Shown here one piece after another: positions 16,865 through 25,902 of a stretch of 64,000 bases of DNA. Every line of letters starts with the position of its first letter. The first letter of the stretch is position 1. A program made the translations under genes and the position numbers. The notes under the pieces are model-generated. The model was not told the DNA's origin. It saw only the letters and a program-made list of their open reading frames with translations, and searched no databases. This DNA comes from Acutalibacteraceae bacterium (GTDB taxonomy: Bacteria > Actinomycetota > Coriobacteriia > Coriobacteriales > QAMH01): contig CAVDAL010000032.1 in the NCBI GenBank assembly GCA_963606965.1, positions 25 through 64,024 on the forward strand. The letters run 5' to 3'.

Positions 16865-17878
16865 ATGCAGAAGTTAACACCAAAAGTTGTTGAGCTTTTA
16901 GAAAAAGCTGAAGAAGGCAATGGCCTTGAATTTGACGAGATGGAATATCTTTATGGTCTTGACCCAACATCGCGCGATGCATGGCTTGTGCGTTGGGTTG
17001 CACATCAAATGTCTCTTGAAGCTACAAATGGTAAAGCTGAAATTCATGCACAAATTGGTTTGAATGGCAGCCCTTGTGGCAAAAATTGCAAGTTCTGCAG
17101 CTTTGCCGTTTGCAATGGTTTAACAAAAGAAAAAGTGGAACTTGATGTTGAAGATGTTAAAGCTTATTGCGATGCATATATGGAAGAAGGCGCAAACCTG
17201 ATTCTTATGCTAACAACAGCATCTTATAAGTTTGAAAAAATTCTTGAAATGGGGCAGGTCGCACGCGAAATTATTGGCAAAGACATGCCTCTTTTGGTAA
17301 ATACAGCAGACATGACGCTTGAACAAACAAAGCAAATTAAGGCTGCTGGCTTTAATGGCGCATATCATGCAATTCGCATGCGTGAAGGCGAAGATACAGA
17401 AATTCCAGTAGAAGAAAGACTTAATACAATTAAGAATTTGCAAGCGGCAGGCTTGTCAATTTCAACATGTGTTGAACCTGTCGGTCCAGAAGCAAGCGCA
17501 CATGAAATTGCAGAAGCTTCTGCACTTTGCATGAGCTATCCAAACAATTCTGCTGGCGTTGGCAGAAGAATTACTGTTCCTGGCACAATGGTTGAACCAC
17601 GCGGGCAGATTAGCGACCTTGTTGCTTCTTTATATGTTGCTGTCTATGGCCTTACAACTGGTTTCAAACCAGCTCTTAACTGTTCTGTTTGCTCACCACT
17701 TTCTGCTGTATCTGGCGGCAACTTAACTTGGGCGGAAGTCGGTTCTAACCCACGCGACGCTGTTGAACGCACAGAAAATGGCGGACGCGGTGCAAGCATT
17801 GAACGCTGCCGCAGCGAATATGAAAAGGCTGGCTGGGAAGTTTTAGAAGGACCTTCACAGGGCTGGATTCTAGATTAG
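16865..17878 (+). CDS. radical SAM protein, BioB/HydE-like class (paralog 2), function unknown
   Basis: CGKNCKFC (CxxxCxxC) preceded by HAQIGL, with blocks shared with 13346-14326. SD GGGGAG is correctly spaced for the ATG at 16865, whereas the track start at 16856 abuts the SD. Confidence 0.75.
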   Translation: MQKLTPKVVELLEKAEEGNGLEFDEMEYLYGLDPTSRDAWLVRWVAHQMSLEATNGKAEIHAQIGLNGSPCGKNCKFCSFAVCNGLTKEKVELDVEDVKAYCDAYMEEGANLILMLTTASYKFEKILEMGQVAREIIGKDMPLLVNTADMTLEQTKQIKAAGFNGAYHAIRMREGEDTEIPVEERLNTIKNLQAAGLSISTCVEPVGPEASAHEIAEASALCMSYPNNSAGVGRRITVPGTMVEPRGQISDLVASLYVAVYGLTTGFKPALNCSVCSPLSAVSGGNLTWAEVGSNPRDAVERTENGGRGASIERCRSEYEKAGWEVLEGPSQGWILD

Positions 17879-17887
17879 TAATTAACA

Positions 17888-17931
17888 AAATGAAATAAGA
17901 AGTGTGGGGGCGCTTCTTCTTTTCATTTTTT
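17888..17931 (+). terminator. probable rho-independent terminator (or partial terminator) after rSAM paralog 2
   Basis: AAATGAAA-T-AAGAAG / CTTCTT-CT-TTTCATTT bipartite stem (8+6 bp) with loop TGTGGGGGCG. The 3' arm runs into TTTTT. Confidence 0.5.
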
Positions 17932-17971
17932 AGGGCCTTTTGACAGCTTCAATTTGGGAGGAAATTAAAAA

Positions 17972-18982
17972 GTGGCAAAGAAGGATACTAGTGTAGAAAA
18001 AGCGATACGCACTACACGCAGGGCAAAAGATTATGTGAAGATGCTTTTGCCTATTGCTGGCGTTTTAATTGCGTTGGCAGAATGGTATGGCACAGATATC
18101 GTATACCCTTTGACATATACAGGAACTGTTAATCCAATTTGGTTTTCAACATTTTTAAAGGTTTATGGAATCATTTATATAATCTTTTATTTGATTTCAA
18201 TTTTTAGCGGCTCTATTCGTTATCATCTTGTGAAATGGGCATGGCTTTTATTTATGGTTCCATTCCTTTTATGTATTTGGGACTTAACAACTTTGAAATC
18301 TGGCATCTTTAAGTTGCCATTTACTCCAGGTCCAGACAAGATTCTTTCAATTGTTCCATTGAATTGGCAAGACTTAATTTATCACTTGTGGGAATCTATG
18401 AAGTTGCTCTTCACAGGCGTGTTCATTGGTCTTGTAACAGGTTTTGTTTCCGGATTGCTTATTGGCTGGTCACACTTCTTTGATTATTGGATTTCTCCTT
18501 TAATGAAGATTATTGGCCCTGTTCCATCAGCAGCATGGCTTCCAATTGCTGTTGCAATCATGCCATCGTCACGCGCAGCTGGCTTGCTCTTGATTGCAAT
18601 TGCTGTTTGGTTCCCGCTTACTTTGATGCTTTCATCAGAATTAAAATCAACAGACATTCGTAAGATTGAAGCAGCACGTGTTCTTGGTGCAAGCGAAAGA
18701 TATATTTTGTTCAAAGTTGCTTTGCCATCTGCATTGCCTGGAATTTTTAACGGCTTATTCATGGGCTTGTCATCGTCATTCGGCGCTTTGGTTATCGCTG
18801 AACAGCTTGGCGTTAAAGCAGGTCTTGGTTGGTATATCAACTGGGCTGCATCATGGGCAGAATATGCAAAAGTATTCGCAACAGTCGGCATCTTCATTAT
18901 AATTTTCTATGTTTTGACAACATTGCTCTTTAAGTTGCGCGACGGAATTATGAAGTGGCAAGAGGGTACGGTGAAGTGGTAA
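17972..18982 (+). CDS. ABC transporter permease, NitT/TauT (SsuC/ThiX-like) family
   Basis: EAA-loop region IEAARVLGASERYILFKVALPSALPGI and multiple TM helices. GTG start is preceded by GGGAGG. Confidence 0.8.
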   Translation: MAKKDTSVEKAIRTTRRAKDYVKMLLPIAGVLIALAEWYGTDIVYPLTYTGTVNPIWFSTFLKVYGIIYIIFYLISIFSGSIRYHLVKWAWLLFMVPFLLCIWDLTTLKSGIFKLPFTPGPDKILSIVPLNWQDLIYHLWESMKLLFTGVFIGLVTGFVSGLLIGWSHFFDYWISPLMKIIGPVPSAAWLPIAVAIMPSSRAAGLLLIAIAVWFPLTLMLSSELKSTDIRKIEAARVLGASERYILFKVALPSALPGIFNGLFMGLSSSFGALVIAEQLGVKAGLGWYINWAASWAEYAKVFATVGIFIIIFYVLTTLLFKLRDGIMKWQEGTVKW

Positions 18983-19848
18983 TGGCTTTGAAGAAAGATA
19001 CAAGTCGCAGTGTGCAAGAAACAAAAGAAATTGCATCAGAACAAATGCTTGATGAAAATTTAGCAAAAGAAACTTTATTGCGACATGAAAATCATATATT
19101 GAAATCTGTTGGCATTCGACAGGTCTTTAATGAAGAAGAAGAAAATGAAGTCATAGCTTTGGAAGGCGTTGACTTAGAAATTAGTGGCGATGACATCGTT
19201 GGTTTAATTGGTCCTTCTGGCTGTGGTAAGTCGACATTTTTGCGCATTGCTGCTGGCTTGGATAAGCCAACAAGTGGCGAAATCACATTTGATGGTGAAC
19301 CTATCAAAGGCCCAGATTGGCATCGTGGCGTTGTATTTCAAGGCGCACAGCTTTTTGAATTTTTGACTGTTTATGGCAATGTTGCATTTGGTTTGAAAGC
19401 TCGTGGAGTTTATAAAGGTAATGAAGATAAAGTTGACGAATTTTTAAAGCTTGTTGGCTTGGAACAGTTTGCTCATTCTTACCCGCATCAAATTTCTGGC
19501 GGCATGGCTGCTCGTGTTGCAATTGCAAGAACTTTAATTCAGCAGCCTGGCCTTGTTTTGATGGATGAGCCGCTTTCTGCTTTGGATGCGTTCACACGTG
19601 GCACGATTCAAGATGAAATTATCAAGCTTTTAAAGACGTCAAACACTCTTTCAATGCTTGTTACACATGATATTGAAGAGGCTGTTTATATGTGCGACAG
19701 AGTTTTGGTTATGTCGCCACGTCCTGGTCGCGTTGTTGCGGATATCAAAATCGATCTTGAACATCCACGCGACAGGATTTCGCCTGAATTTGTTGAATAC
19801 AGGCGTCAAGTGCTCGATGCATTAAATGATGCACATGCACTTGATTAA
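18982..19848 (+). CDS. ABC transporter ATP-binding protein, NitT/TauT family
   Basis: Walker A GPSGCGKST, signature ISGGMAARV, Walker B LVLMDEPLSALD. TAATG start/stop overlap with the permease gene; the track start at 18955 is probably too long. Confidence 0.85.
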   Translation: MALKKDTSRSVQETKEIASEQMLDENLAKETLLRHENHILKSVGIRQVFNEEEENEVIALEGVDLEISGDDIVGLIGPSGCGKSTFLRIAAGLDKPTSGEITFDGEPIKGPDWHRGVVFQGAQLFEFLTVYGNVAFGLKARGVYKGNEDKVDEFLKLVGLEQFAHSYPHQISGGMAARVAIARTLIQQPGLVLMDEPLSALDAFTRGTIQDEIIKLLKTSNTLSMLVTHDIEEAVYMCDRVLVMSPRPGRVVADIKIDLEHPRDRISPEFVEYRRQVLDALNDAHALD

Positions 19849-19917
19849 TTTTGGTTTCGACCTGGTTAAGATGGTCAGGTGAAATAATACTCAATTTTTC
19901 TACATGGGAGGTTTTTT

Positions 19918-20961
19918 ATGAGTATTACAAGAAGGAAATTTATTGGTGCTGCGGCAGCAGCAGGTGCTCTTGCAGCAAGTGGCGCAGCAGTAAGTGGCTG
20001 CGGCAGCGAAGAGACAACTTCAACAGAAGTTGACAAGGTTGTTGTTGGCTACTGGGGTGGCACTTGCGAAGCTCCTATCTTTATTGCTAAAGAAAAGGGC
20101 TACTTTGAAGAAGAAGGTCTTGAAGCAGAAGTTACTTTGCTCGACTCTGATGGTGGCATTTCTTCAGAATCAGGCGTTGCTAATGGTGAACTTGACTGCT
20201 ATGAATTGACACCTGATAAGTTCAAGCCAATTGAACAAGGCTCACCAATGAAGGTTATCGATTCTCTTCACATTGGCTGCATCCAAGCTTGCGCTTCAAA
20301 AAAGAGTGGCATTACATCTGTTAAGGATCTTGAAGGCAAAAAGGTTGCTGCTTCACAGGGCAGCATTGCTCACATCATGTTGGCAAACCAGATGATCTTG
20401 GAAGGTGCTGACCCAACTAAGGTTGAATGGCTCACTTATAAAAACCCAATGATGGAAGCTGCAATTGATGCTGGCGAAGTTGACGCTATGGCTTGCTATG
20501 ACCCATATGTTGACATTGCTGTAAAGAATGGCAAGAAGCGCTTCTGGTCATGGACATATGATGAAGGCGTTAATGAAATCCTTTGCTGCTTCGTTGGCTG
20601 CAGTCAGTTGACATTTGAAAATAAACCAAATGCTCCTAAGAAACTTGCTGCTGCTTTCAAGAAGGCAACACAGTTCTTGGAAGAAAATCCAGAAGAAGCT
20701 GCACAAATTATCATTGATGGTGGCTATGTTAAACTCAATGATGACTCAGGCTTCACGAAGGATATCATGGTTACTGAAATTAAGGATTATCAATGGTTAT
20801 CTGGTGACAAAGATGTATTCGACAAGTCATATAAATACATTTGGGAAGCTATCTGGCGTGCTGGCGCTCTTGATGATTATGATTTCAAGACTGTTGAAGA
20901 AGTTGACGAATGGTGCATGGGCGATATGTACACTCAAATGTGTGAATATTGCGGTGAATAA
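19918..20961 (+). CDS. ABC substrate-binding lipoprotein, NMT1/THI5-like (SsuA/ThiY-like)
   Basis: Tat-like lipoprotein signal MSITRRKFIGAAAAAGALAASGAAVSGC, then a periplasmic-binding fold of the NitT/TauT type. SD GGGAGG upstream. Confidence 0.75.
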   Translation: MSITRRKFIGAAAAAGALAASGAAVSGCGSEETTSTEVDKVVVGYWGGTCEAPIFIAKEKGYFEEEGLEAEVTLLDSDGGISSESGVANGELDCYELTPDKFKPIEQGSPMKVIDSLHIGCIQACASKKSGITSVKDLEGKKVAASQGSIAHIMLANQMILEGADPTKVEWLTYKNPMMEAAIDAGEVDAMACYDPYVDIAVKNGKKRFWSWTYDEGVNEILCCFVGCSQLTFENKPNAPKKLAAAFKKATQFLEENPEEAAQIIIDGGYVKLNDDSGFTKDIMVTEIKDYQWLSGDKDVFDKSYKYIWEAIWRAGALDDYDFKTVEEVDEWCMGDMYTQMCEYCGE

Positions 20962-20992
20962 TTCTCGATTTTTAAAAGGATTGATGATTTAA

Positions 20993-21439
20993 ATGAAATC
21001 TTCGCTTTGGAAAACTGTTTCAATACTTACATGTGTTCTTGCTATCGCTGCTTTGATTGTATGCATCGCCATGGGCGGTTGCAGCAAGCAGCTTGAAACA
21101 ACTGCAGGTGGAGTTTGCTACATGAAATGTTATTGGTGCTTTAGAGCATCTACTATTGTTTTAGGTTTAACAATTATTGCTTCTTTTGCTCAAATTTTTA
21201 AGAAAGAAGCTGATACGCGCCGTGTTTGCGCTGTGTTTACGGGGCTTGGCGCTGTGGGCACAATCGCAATGAATGCAACATCTATTGTTGGCATTTGCGT
21301 GGGCGCTGCAGAAGCTGGAATGCATTGCTTCACAACTGCATTGGTGGTTGATATCATTTGCGCAGTTATAATAATTCTGGCTTTTGTTGCAATTTTTGGT
21401 TCAAAGCCAAAATCTAATAAACCAAAAATGACTTTGTAA
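20993..21439 (+). CDS. Cys-rich small membrane protein, DUF4418-like
   Basis: 148 aa, four hydrophobic helices, conserved-looking Cys contexts (GGCSK, CYMKCYWC, MHCF). Position upstream of an FtsX/MacB ABC pair is as commonly seen for DUF4418. Family assignment is from memory. Confidence 0.45.
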   Translation: MKSSLWKTVSILTCVLAIAALIVCIAMGGCSKQLETTAGGVCYMKCYWCFRASTIVLGLTIIASFAQIFKKEADTRRVCAVFTGLGAVGTIAMNATSIVGICVGAAEAGMHCFTTALVVDIICAVIIILAFVAIFGSKPKSNKPKMTL

Positions 21440-21469
21440 CATTAATATTTGTCTGTAAAAGGAACCTTC

Positions 21470-22684
21470 ATGAAAGAACTCATTTTTAGCAGTTTAAAGA
21501 AGCGTAAAATTCAGACGATTTCGGTTGTGCTTGTGGTTGCCGCAAGCACAACCCTTCTTTTTTCTCTGCTCTTAATTTATAGTGGTGTGTCTTCAGGTGT
21601 GACACTTTCAAAAGAACGCGGTGGTGCAGAACTTATGCTTTTGCCAGCCGACGCAGATGAATCAATATCAGATAACACTTTGCTATTTACTGGTTCTCCT
21701 ACACCTGTTTATATGAATTCTGATGTCTTGGAAAAGGCAGCAAAAATTGATGGAGTTGCAAAGGTTGCTCCGCAATTTTTCTCGCAAACAATAGAAGCAA
21801 GCTGCTGCACAACTGGCAGTGAAACAAGAGTTATTGGCTTTGACCCGAAAAGCGATTGGGTAGTCCAGCCATTGACTGATTGTGATCTTTCTAATGGTCT
21901 TGCTGAAGACGAAGTGCTTGTTGGCGCACGAATGTCTGATTATGGCGGAGACACCATTAGTATGCTTGGAAAAGAGTACAAGATTGCTGGATATCTTGCA
22001 GAAACAGGTTCTGATATTGACCTATCATTAATGGTTGATATTGAAACTGCACGTCAGATGTCTAGGGAGATTGTTGGCTATGATCATTATTGGGAAAAAT
22101 ATGGTGACCCAGACACGCTTGTTTCAAGCGTTTTGATAGATGTAGATGACAGCCTGTCTGAAACTGAACAAACTATGGTTTTGCGTAAATTGAGCAATAT
22201 CGATGGCGTTAGAGTTTTGGAAAGAAGCAGTGTTATTGATAGTTCGCAAGAATCTTTATCAAGTGTTTTTGCTGTGATGTTTGCAGCTGGAATTTTGATG
22301 CTTATTGTTTGTATTTTGCAATTGTTCTCGCGCTATTACTCTTGCGTGTGGGAACGCAAATCAGAACTTGCTTTATATAGAGCTGTTGGAGCTACGCAAA
22401 AGCAGCTTTCAGGCTTGATAGGCGGGGAAGCAGCAATATTGAGTGGTGCCGGAATTGTGATAGGCCTTGTGCTTGGCGTAATACTTTATTTTGCTGGTCA
22501 AGCATGGCTTTCTAGCATGGAATCATTCCCATTTGTTGCACCATCAATTCTGATTTCAATAGCTTTTGGAGCTGGCGTGGTTGTGCTGCTAGCACTTGTG
22601 ACCTTGCTTTCTATCATTGCTCCGTTAAGACAACTTAATCGCATTGACCCTTCGCTTGCTATGCAGCAAAGTGATATCGATTAA
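21470..22684 (+). CDS. ABC transporter permease, FtsX/MacB type
   Basis: N-terminal TM helix, large extracytoplasmic domain, C-terminal FtsX 3-TM bundle (ELALYRAVGATQKQL...). SD AAAGGAA precedes the ATG at 21470. Confidence 0.75.
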   Translation: MKELIFSSLKKRKIQTISVVLVVAASTTLLFSLLLIYSGVSSGVTLSKERGGAELMLLPADADESISDNTLLFTGSPTPVYMNSDVLEKAAKIDGVAKVAPQFFSQTIEASCCTTGSETRVIGFDPKSDWVVQPLTDCDLSNGLAEDEVLVGARMSDYGGDTISMLGKEYKIAGYLAETGSDIDLSLMVDIETARQMSREIVGYDHYWEKYGDPDTLVSSVLIDVDDSLSETEQTMVLRKLSNIDGVRVLERSSVIDSSQESLSSVFAVMFAAGILMLIVCILQLFSRYYSCVWERKSELALYRAVGATQKQLSGLIGGEAAILSGAGIVIGLVLGVILYFAGQAWLSSMESFPFVAPSILISIAFGAGVVVLLALVTLLSIIAPLRQLNRIDPSLAMQQSDID

Positions 22685-22699
22685 GGGAAGGAGCAAATA

Positions 22700-23371
22700 A
22701 TGGCTGAAGAAACTGTATTAAAAGTTGAACATATTTCAAAATCTTTTGGTGAAACAACAATTTTAAAAGATGTAAACTTCACGCTTGACCGCGGCGAGTC
22801 AATTTCAATAACAAGCCCGTCAGGCTCTGGCAAGTCTACAATTCTTTCTATTGTTGGTTTGTTGCTTGCTCCGGACTCTGGTCAAATTATCATCAATGGC
22901 AAAGAAGCTATTGGTTTAGATGATGATGAACTTTCGCAATTGCGTCGCCAAGCATTTGGCTTTGTCTTTCAACATACTCAATTGATTGGTTCTTTGCGTG
23001 CTTATGAAAATGCAGCTGTGCCAGCAAGATTTGATGGAAATCAAGATGCAAATGCAGATGAAAAAGCAAAAGAGCTTCTTGTTGCATTAGGTTTGGAAGA
23101 GCGTCTTGAACATTATCCGCATCAATTAAGTGTTGGGCAAAAGCGCCGCGTTGCTGTTGCTCGTGCGTTATTACTTAATCCGCAAATCATTCTTGCAGAT
23201 GAGCCAACAAATGACTTGGATGCAGGTTCAGCAAATTCTGTTGCAGAAATGCTTTTTGAACAACCAAAGAATGGCAAGTCGCTTATTCTTGTTACGCATG
23301 ATGTACAGCTTGCTGAAAAGACAGACCATCAATATCATTTGACAGATGGTAAGCTTGAGCAAATTCGATAA
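22700..23371 (+). CDS. ABC transporter ATP-binding protein (LolD/MacB-ATPase-like)
   Basis: Walker A SPSGSGKST, signature LSVGQKRRVAVARAL, Walker B IILADEPTNDLD. Confidence 0.85.
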   Translation: MAEETVLKVEHISKSFGETTILKDVNFTLDRGESISITSPSGSGKSTILSIVGLLLAPDSGQIIINGKEAIGLDDDELSQLRRQAFGFVFQHTQLIGSLRAYENAAVPARFDGNQDANADEKAKELLVALGLEERLEHYPHQLSVGQKRRVAVARALLLNPQIILADEPTNDLDAGSANSVAEMLFEQPKNGKSLILVTHDVQLAEKTDHQYHLTDGKLEQIR

Positions 23372-23398
23372 TTATCCTTTTTGATGGGTTTGCAACGA

Positions 23399-23430
23399 AT
23401 GGGCGCAGTGGCTTTTCGCACTGCGCCCAT
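23399..23430. terminator. strong hairpin between convergent genes (bidirectional terminator candidate)
   Basis: 12-bp stem ATGGGCGCAGTG / CACTGCGCCCAT with an 8-nt loop. Neither side has a clean U-tract. Confidence 0.5.
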
Positions 23431-23445
23431 CTTGTGTGCGGTAGC

Positions 23446-24513
23446 TTAAAAACAAGTATCCAAACAGAATTCAAGATAGTCTTTGCTTAAATAAATTTTA
23501 AGCTTATTAAATGTCTTTTCATTTTTAAGCTGCCGCGCACAGGTATGATATTCCACCCAAGCATTGCAGCTCCATGTTATTCCGCGCAAGCAATTTGAAC
23601 TTACATATGCGCCGAAGCGTTCTTCAAAATTGCCCGTGTCGAAACGACTGCCAACATGCTTCCAGTAATCTTCAACAAAATTTTCGCGTTCTTTTTGTTT
23701 GAAGATATATTCGCTGTCCCAAATTGTTGTTGTAGGCGACAAATAATAAGCAATATCTTGTGCGACTTCTGCGATTATTGGCTTTTCCCAGTCAACCATT
23801 TTGCCCTGCTTGATATTGCCATTTTCATCATGCTGAATAATGAAGTGTGAAGGAACAGCTTCTGTATTGATGATATGCGATGCATCTTCTTCAACAAAAC
23901 GGCTATTGTTTAGCTTTTGCTTTGTTTGCTTAATCATCTGCTGTGCGCGCTTCATTACCATATCATCTGCAAGCGCAGACTTTTCATATGCTTTAAAAAA
24001 GCCCATGCATTCATTGAATTGGTCCTGCAATGGGTCGCCCGGTTTTAGTATTCCATGCGCCGGAGGGCAAACAGAATGAATATCTGCAAGGATGTGTGCA
24101 CATTCTGTAACATCTTGCGGTTTTTCAAAATCCATCCATTCGCCTTGCAAGAATTCTTGAACCAAAATGCCTTTATCAAGAAGTTTGCAAGAATTATCAA
24201 CATATATCGGCAATGCTGTTCTGCAACTTTTATAAAGAGCTTTTAAAGCGTTATATTCATATTCAATTTGATTATCAAGATTAAGCTGACTTGAAAAATT
24301 AATTCTAAAGACATATTTTTGTTCAAAGAGCAAGCCTTTGTTTGCAGTAATCAAAAAGTTCATATTATGTTCGCCTTGAGCAAGCATTTCGCATGTGAAA
24401 GAATCTTTATCTTCCAAATTCAAAGCTTTTTGGAGCTCGGCATTGCTGCTGATATATCTTCGTATTTCTTCACATTGCATCTGTTTAGCACACTTTCTCT
24501 TCAGTATTTGCAC
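23446..24513 (-). CDS. phosphotransferase-family (APH/choline-kinase-like) protein
   Basis: Kinase-like layout with LAQGEHNMNF near the N-terminus and ...IIQHDENGNIKQGKMVDWEKPIIAEVAQDIAYYL (the H.D..N ... DWE ... D motif region). Start is either GTG 24513 or ATG 24480. Confidence 0.5.
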   Translation of the reverse strand: MQILKRKCAKQMQCEEIRRYISSNAELQKALNLEDKDSFTCEMLAQGEHNMNFLITANKGLLFEQKYVFRINFSSQLNLDNQIEYEYNALKALYKSCRTALPIYVDNSCKLLDKGILVQEFLQGEWMDFEKPQDVTECAHILADIHSVCPPAHGILKPGDPLQDQFNECMGFFKAYEKSALADDMVMKRAQQMIKQTKQKLNNSRFVEEDASHIINTEAVPSHFIIQHDENGNIKQGKMVDWEKPIIAEVAQDIAYYLSPTTTIWDSEYIFKQKERENFVEDYWKHVGSRFDTGNFEERFGAYVSSNCLRGITWSCNAWVEYHTCARQLKNEKTFNKLKIYLSKDYLEFCLDTCF

Positions 24514-24595
24514 TTGTCTAGTATACTTGTTTGCGAAGCTAAATTTTATTTATGTTCTTCCCAAATTGAGTTATATATCTTAAAAAGAGGTAAAA

Positions 24596-25453
24596 ATGCA
24601 ACGAGTTATTTTATTATGTGATAATACTTTTGGAGTCAAAGGCTGCGACGTTGACGATGGCTTGGCTCTTTTGATGCTTTTGGGCAGCGATGCTGTTAAA
24701 GTGGAAGCAGTCTGCACGTGCTATGGTAATAACACAATAGACGTCGTACATGAAAACACATTGCGTTTTATGAATGAGCTAAAGCTTGATATTCCTGTTT
24801 ATAAGGGCGCTGCAAGCCCAGCTGAGCCAATAAGCGAAGCAGCAAAATTCATGGCTGCTTATTGCGCACAAAATTCAGGCGAAGTTGCTATTCTTTCTAC
24901 TGGTTCAACAACAGATTTGCTTGGCGCACAGCTTGTGGATGCAGACTTTTTCAAACACGTGCCAAGCATCACAATGATGGGTGGCGTCACAGAATCGCTT
25001 CATATTAAAGGTGGCAAAATCATGGACGAGCTTAATCTTTCTTGTGACCCACATGCAACGCTTGCAGTGCTTAGTGCTCCATGCAAAATTGCAATTGCAA
25101 GTGCGCAAAATTGCATGCCAGCGTTTTTCACATGGCAAGAATTTGCAGATGAATTCGGCGAAGATTCATGGATTTTGCAAGCGATAGATTATTGGTTTGA
25201 TGACATGGATGAAGCTTATAAATGGAATGGCTGGGTTGCATGGGATCCTGTCGCTGCAGCAATGTTAACTGCACCACAGCTTTTTGACTGGAAATATAAG
25301 CAAATCACATTATATGAACGATTTTTGTCTGTTGGCTATCTTGAACAAGCAAACAAAGATGTACCGCAAGCAAAGATTGCATTCCCTGAAATTAAAGATG
25401 TGCAAGCTTTCAAAAAATATGCATTTGAGGCATGGAAGCGCGCGCTGCTTTAA
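24596..25453 (+). CDS. nucleoside hydrolase-like (IU-NH fold) protein, divergent N-terminal Asp cluster
   Basis: VILLCDNTFGVKGCDVDDGLALLMLL resembles the DxDxxxDD calcium/ribose motif but is interrupted by an insertion. Size (285 aa) and the downstream pattern fit the IUNH family. SD AAGAGG upstream. Confidence 0.55.
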   Translation: MQRVILLCDNTFGVKGCDVDDGLALLMLLGSDAVKVEAVCTCYGNNTIDVVHENTLRFMNELKLDIPVYKGAASPAEPISEAAKFMAAYCAQNSGEVAILSTGSTTDLLGAQLVDADFFKHVPSITMMGGVTESLHIKGGKIMDELNLSCDPHATLAVLSAPCKIAIASAQNCMPAFFTWQEFADEFGEDSWILQAIDYWFDDMDEAYKWNGWVAWDPVAAAMLTAPQLFDWKYKQITLYERFLSVGYLEQANKDVPQAKIAFPEIKDVQAFKKYAFEAWKRALL

Positions 25454-25582
25454 ATGTCTTCAAAGCTTTAGTTGTGGCTCTTGATTGATGAACATGCAAC
25501 TTGCGCTTTTATGACGCTTTTACTTCGTTATAATTTGAAACACGCATTTGGTGTTATCAAATTTTATTTCAATCGAGGGTAA

Positions 25583-25897
25583 ATGGCATATCTTTTGCTT
25601 AGCATTTCAATAATTTGTGAAGTTGGCGCAGACACATGCATGAAGTTGTCGCAAGGCTTCAAGCGCAAGCGCTGGCTTATTGGCGTTGTTGTTGGATATG
25701 TCATTTCTTTATATATGATGGGCCATGTTTTGGCTCAGCTTTCACTTGGATATGCATATGCTTTATGGATTAGCATCGCAATTGCTTTGACTGCAATTGT
25801 TGGGCATATCATCTGGAAAGAAGGCTTCAATACAAAAAAAGTTGTCGGCATTATTTTGATTATAGCTGGCGTTGCTTTAATGCGCTTGGGAGTATAA
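25583..25897 (+). CDS. SMR-family small multidrug/guanidinium-type exporter subunit A
   Basis: 104 aa, 4 TM helices, membrane-embedded Glu in SIICEVGADTCMK (the conserved E of EmrE-like proteins). Confidence 0.8.
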   Translation: MAYLLLSISIICEVGADTCMKLSQGFKRKRWLIGVVVGYVISLYMMGHVLAQLSLGYAYALWISIAIALTAIVGHIIWKEGFNTKKVVGIILIIAGVALMRLGV

Positions 25898-25902
25898 GTA
25901 AA

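Noticed and set aside
16508-17971. TPP (THI-box) riboswitch controlling rSAM2 or the THI5-like ABC importer. The string CCTGATCC in the 16582-16593 loop caught my eye.
   Set aside because: CCUGAUC is only a fragment of the THI-box. The CUGAGA element and the CUGG...CCAGCG helix are absent, and the string is simply the loop of the minus-strand terminator.
25454-25582. Guanidine (ykkC, mini-ykkC, ykkC-III) riboswitch upstream of the paired SMR genes.
   Set aside because: The leader after the TATAAT box is only about 45 nt. It has one imperfect hairpin, no ACGR loops and no ykkC core sequences.
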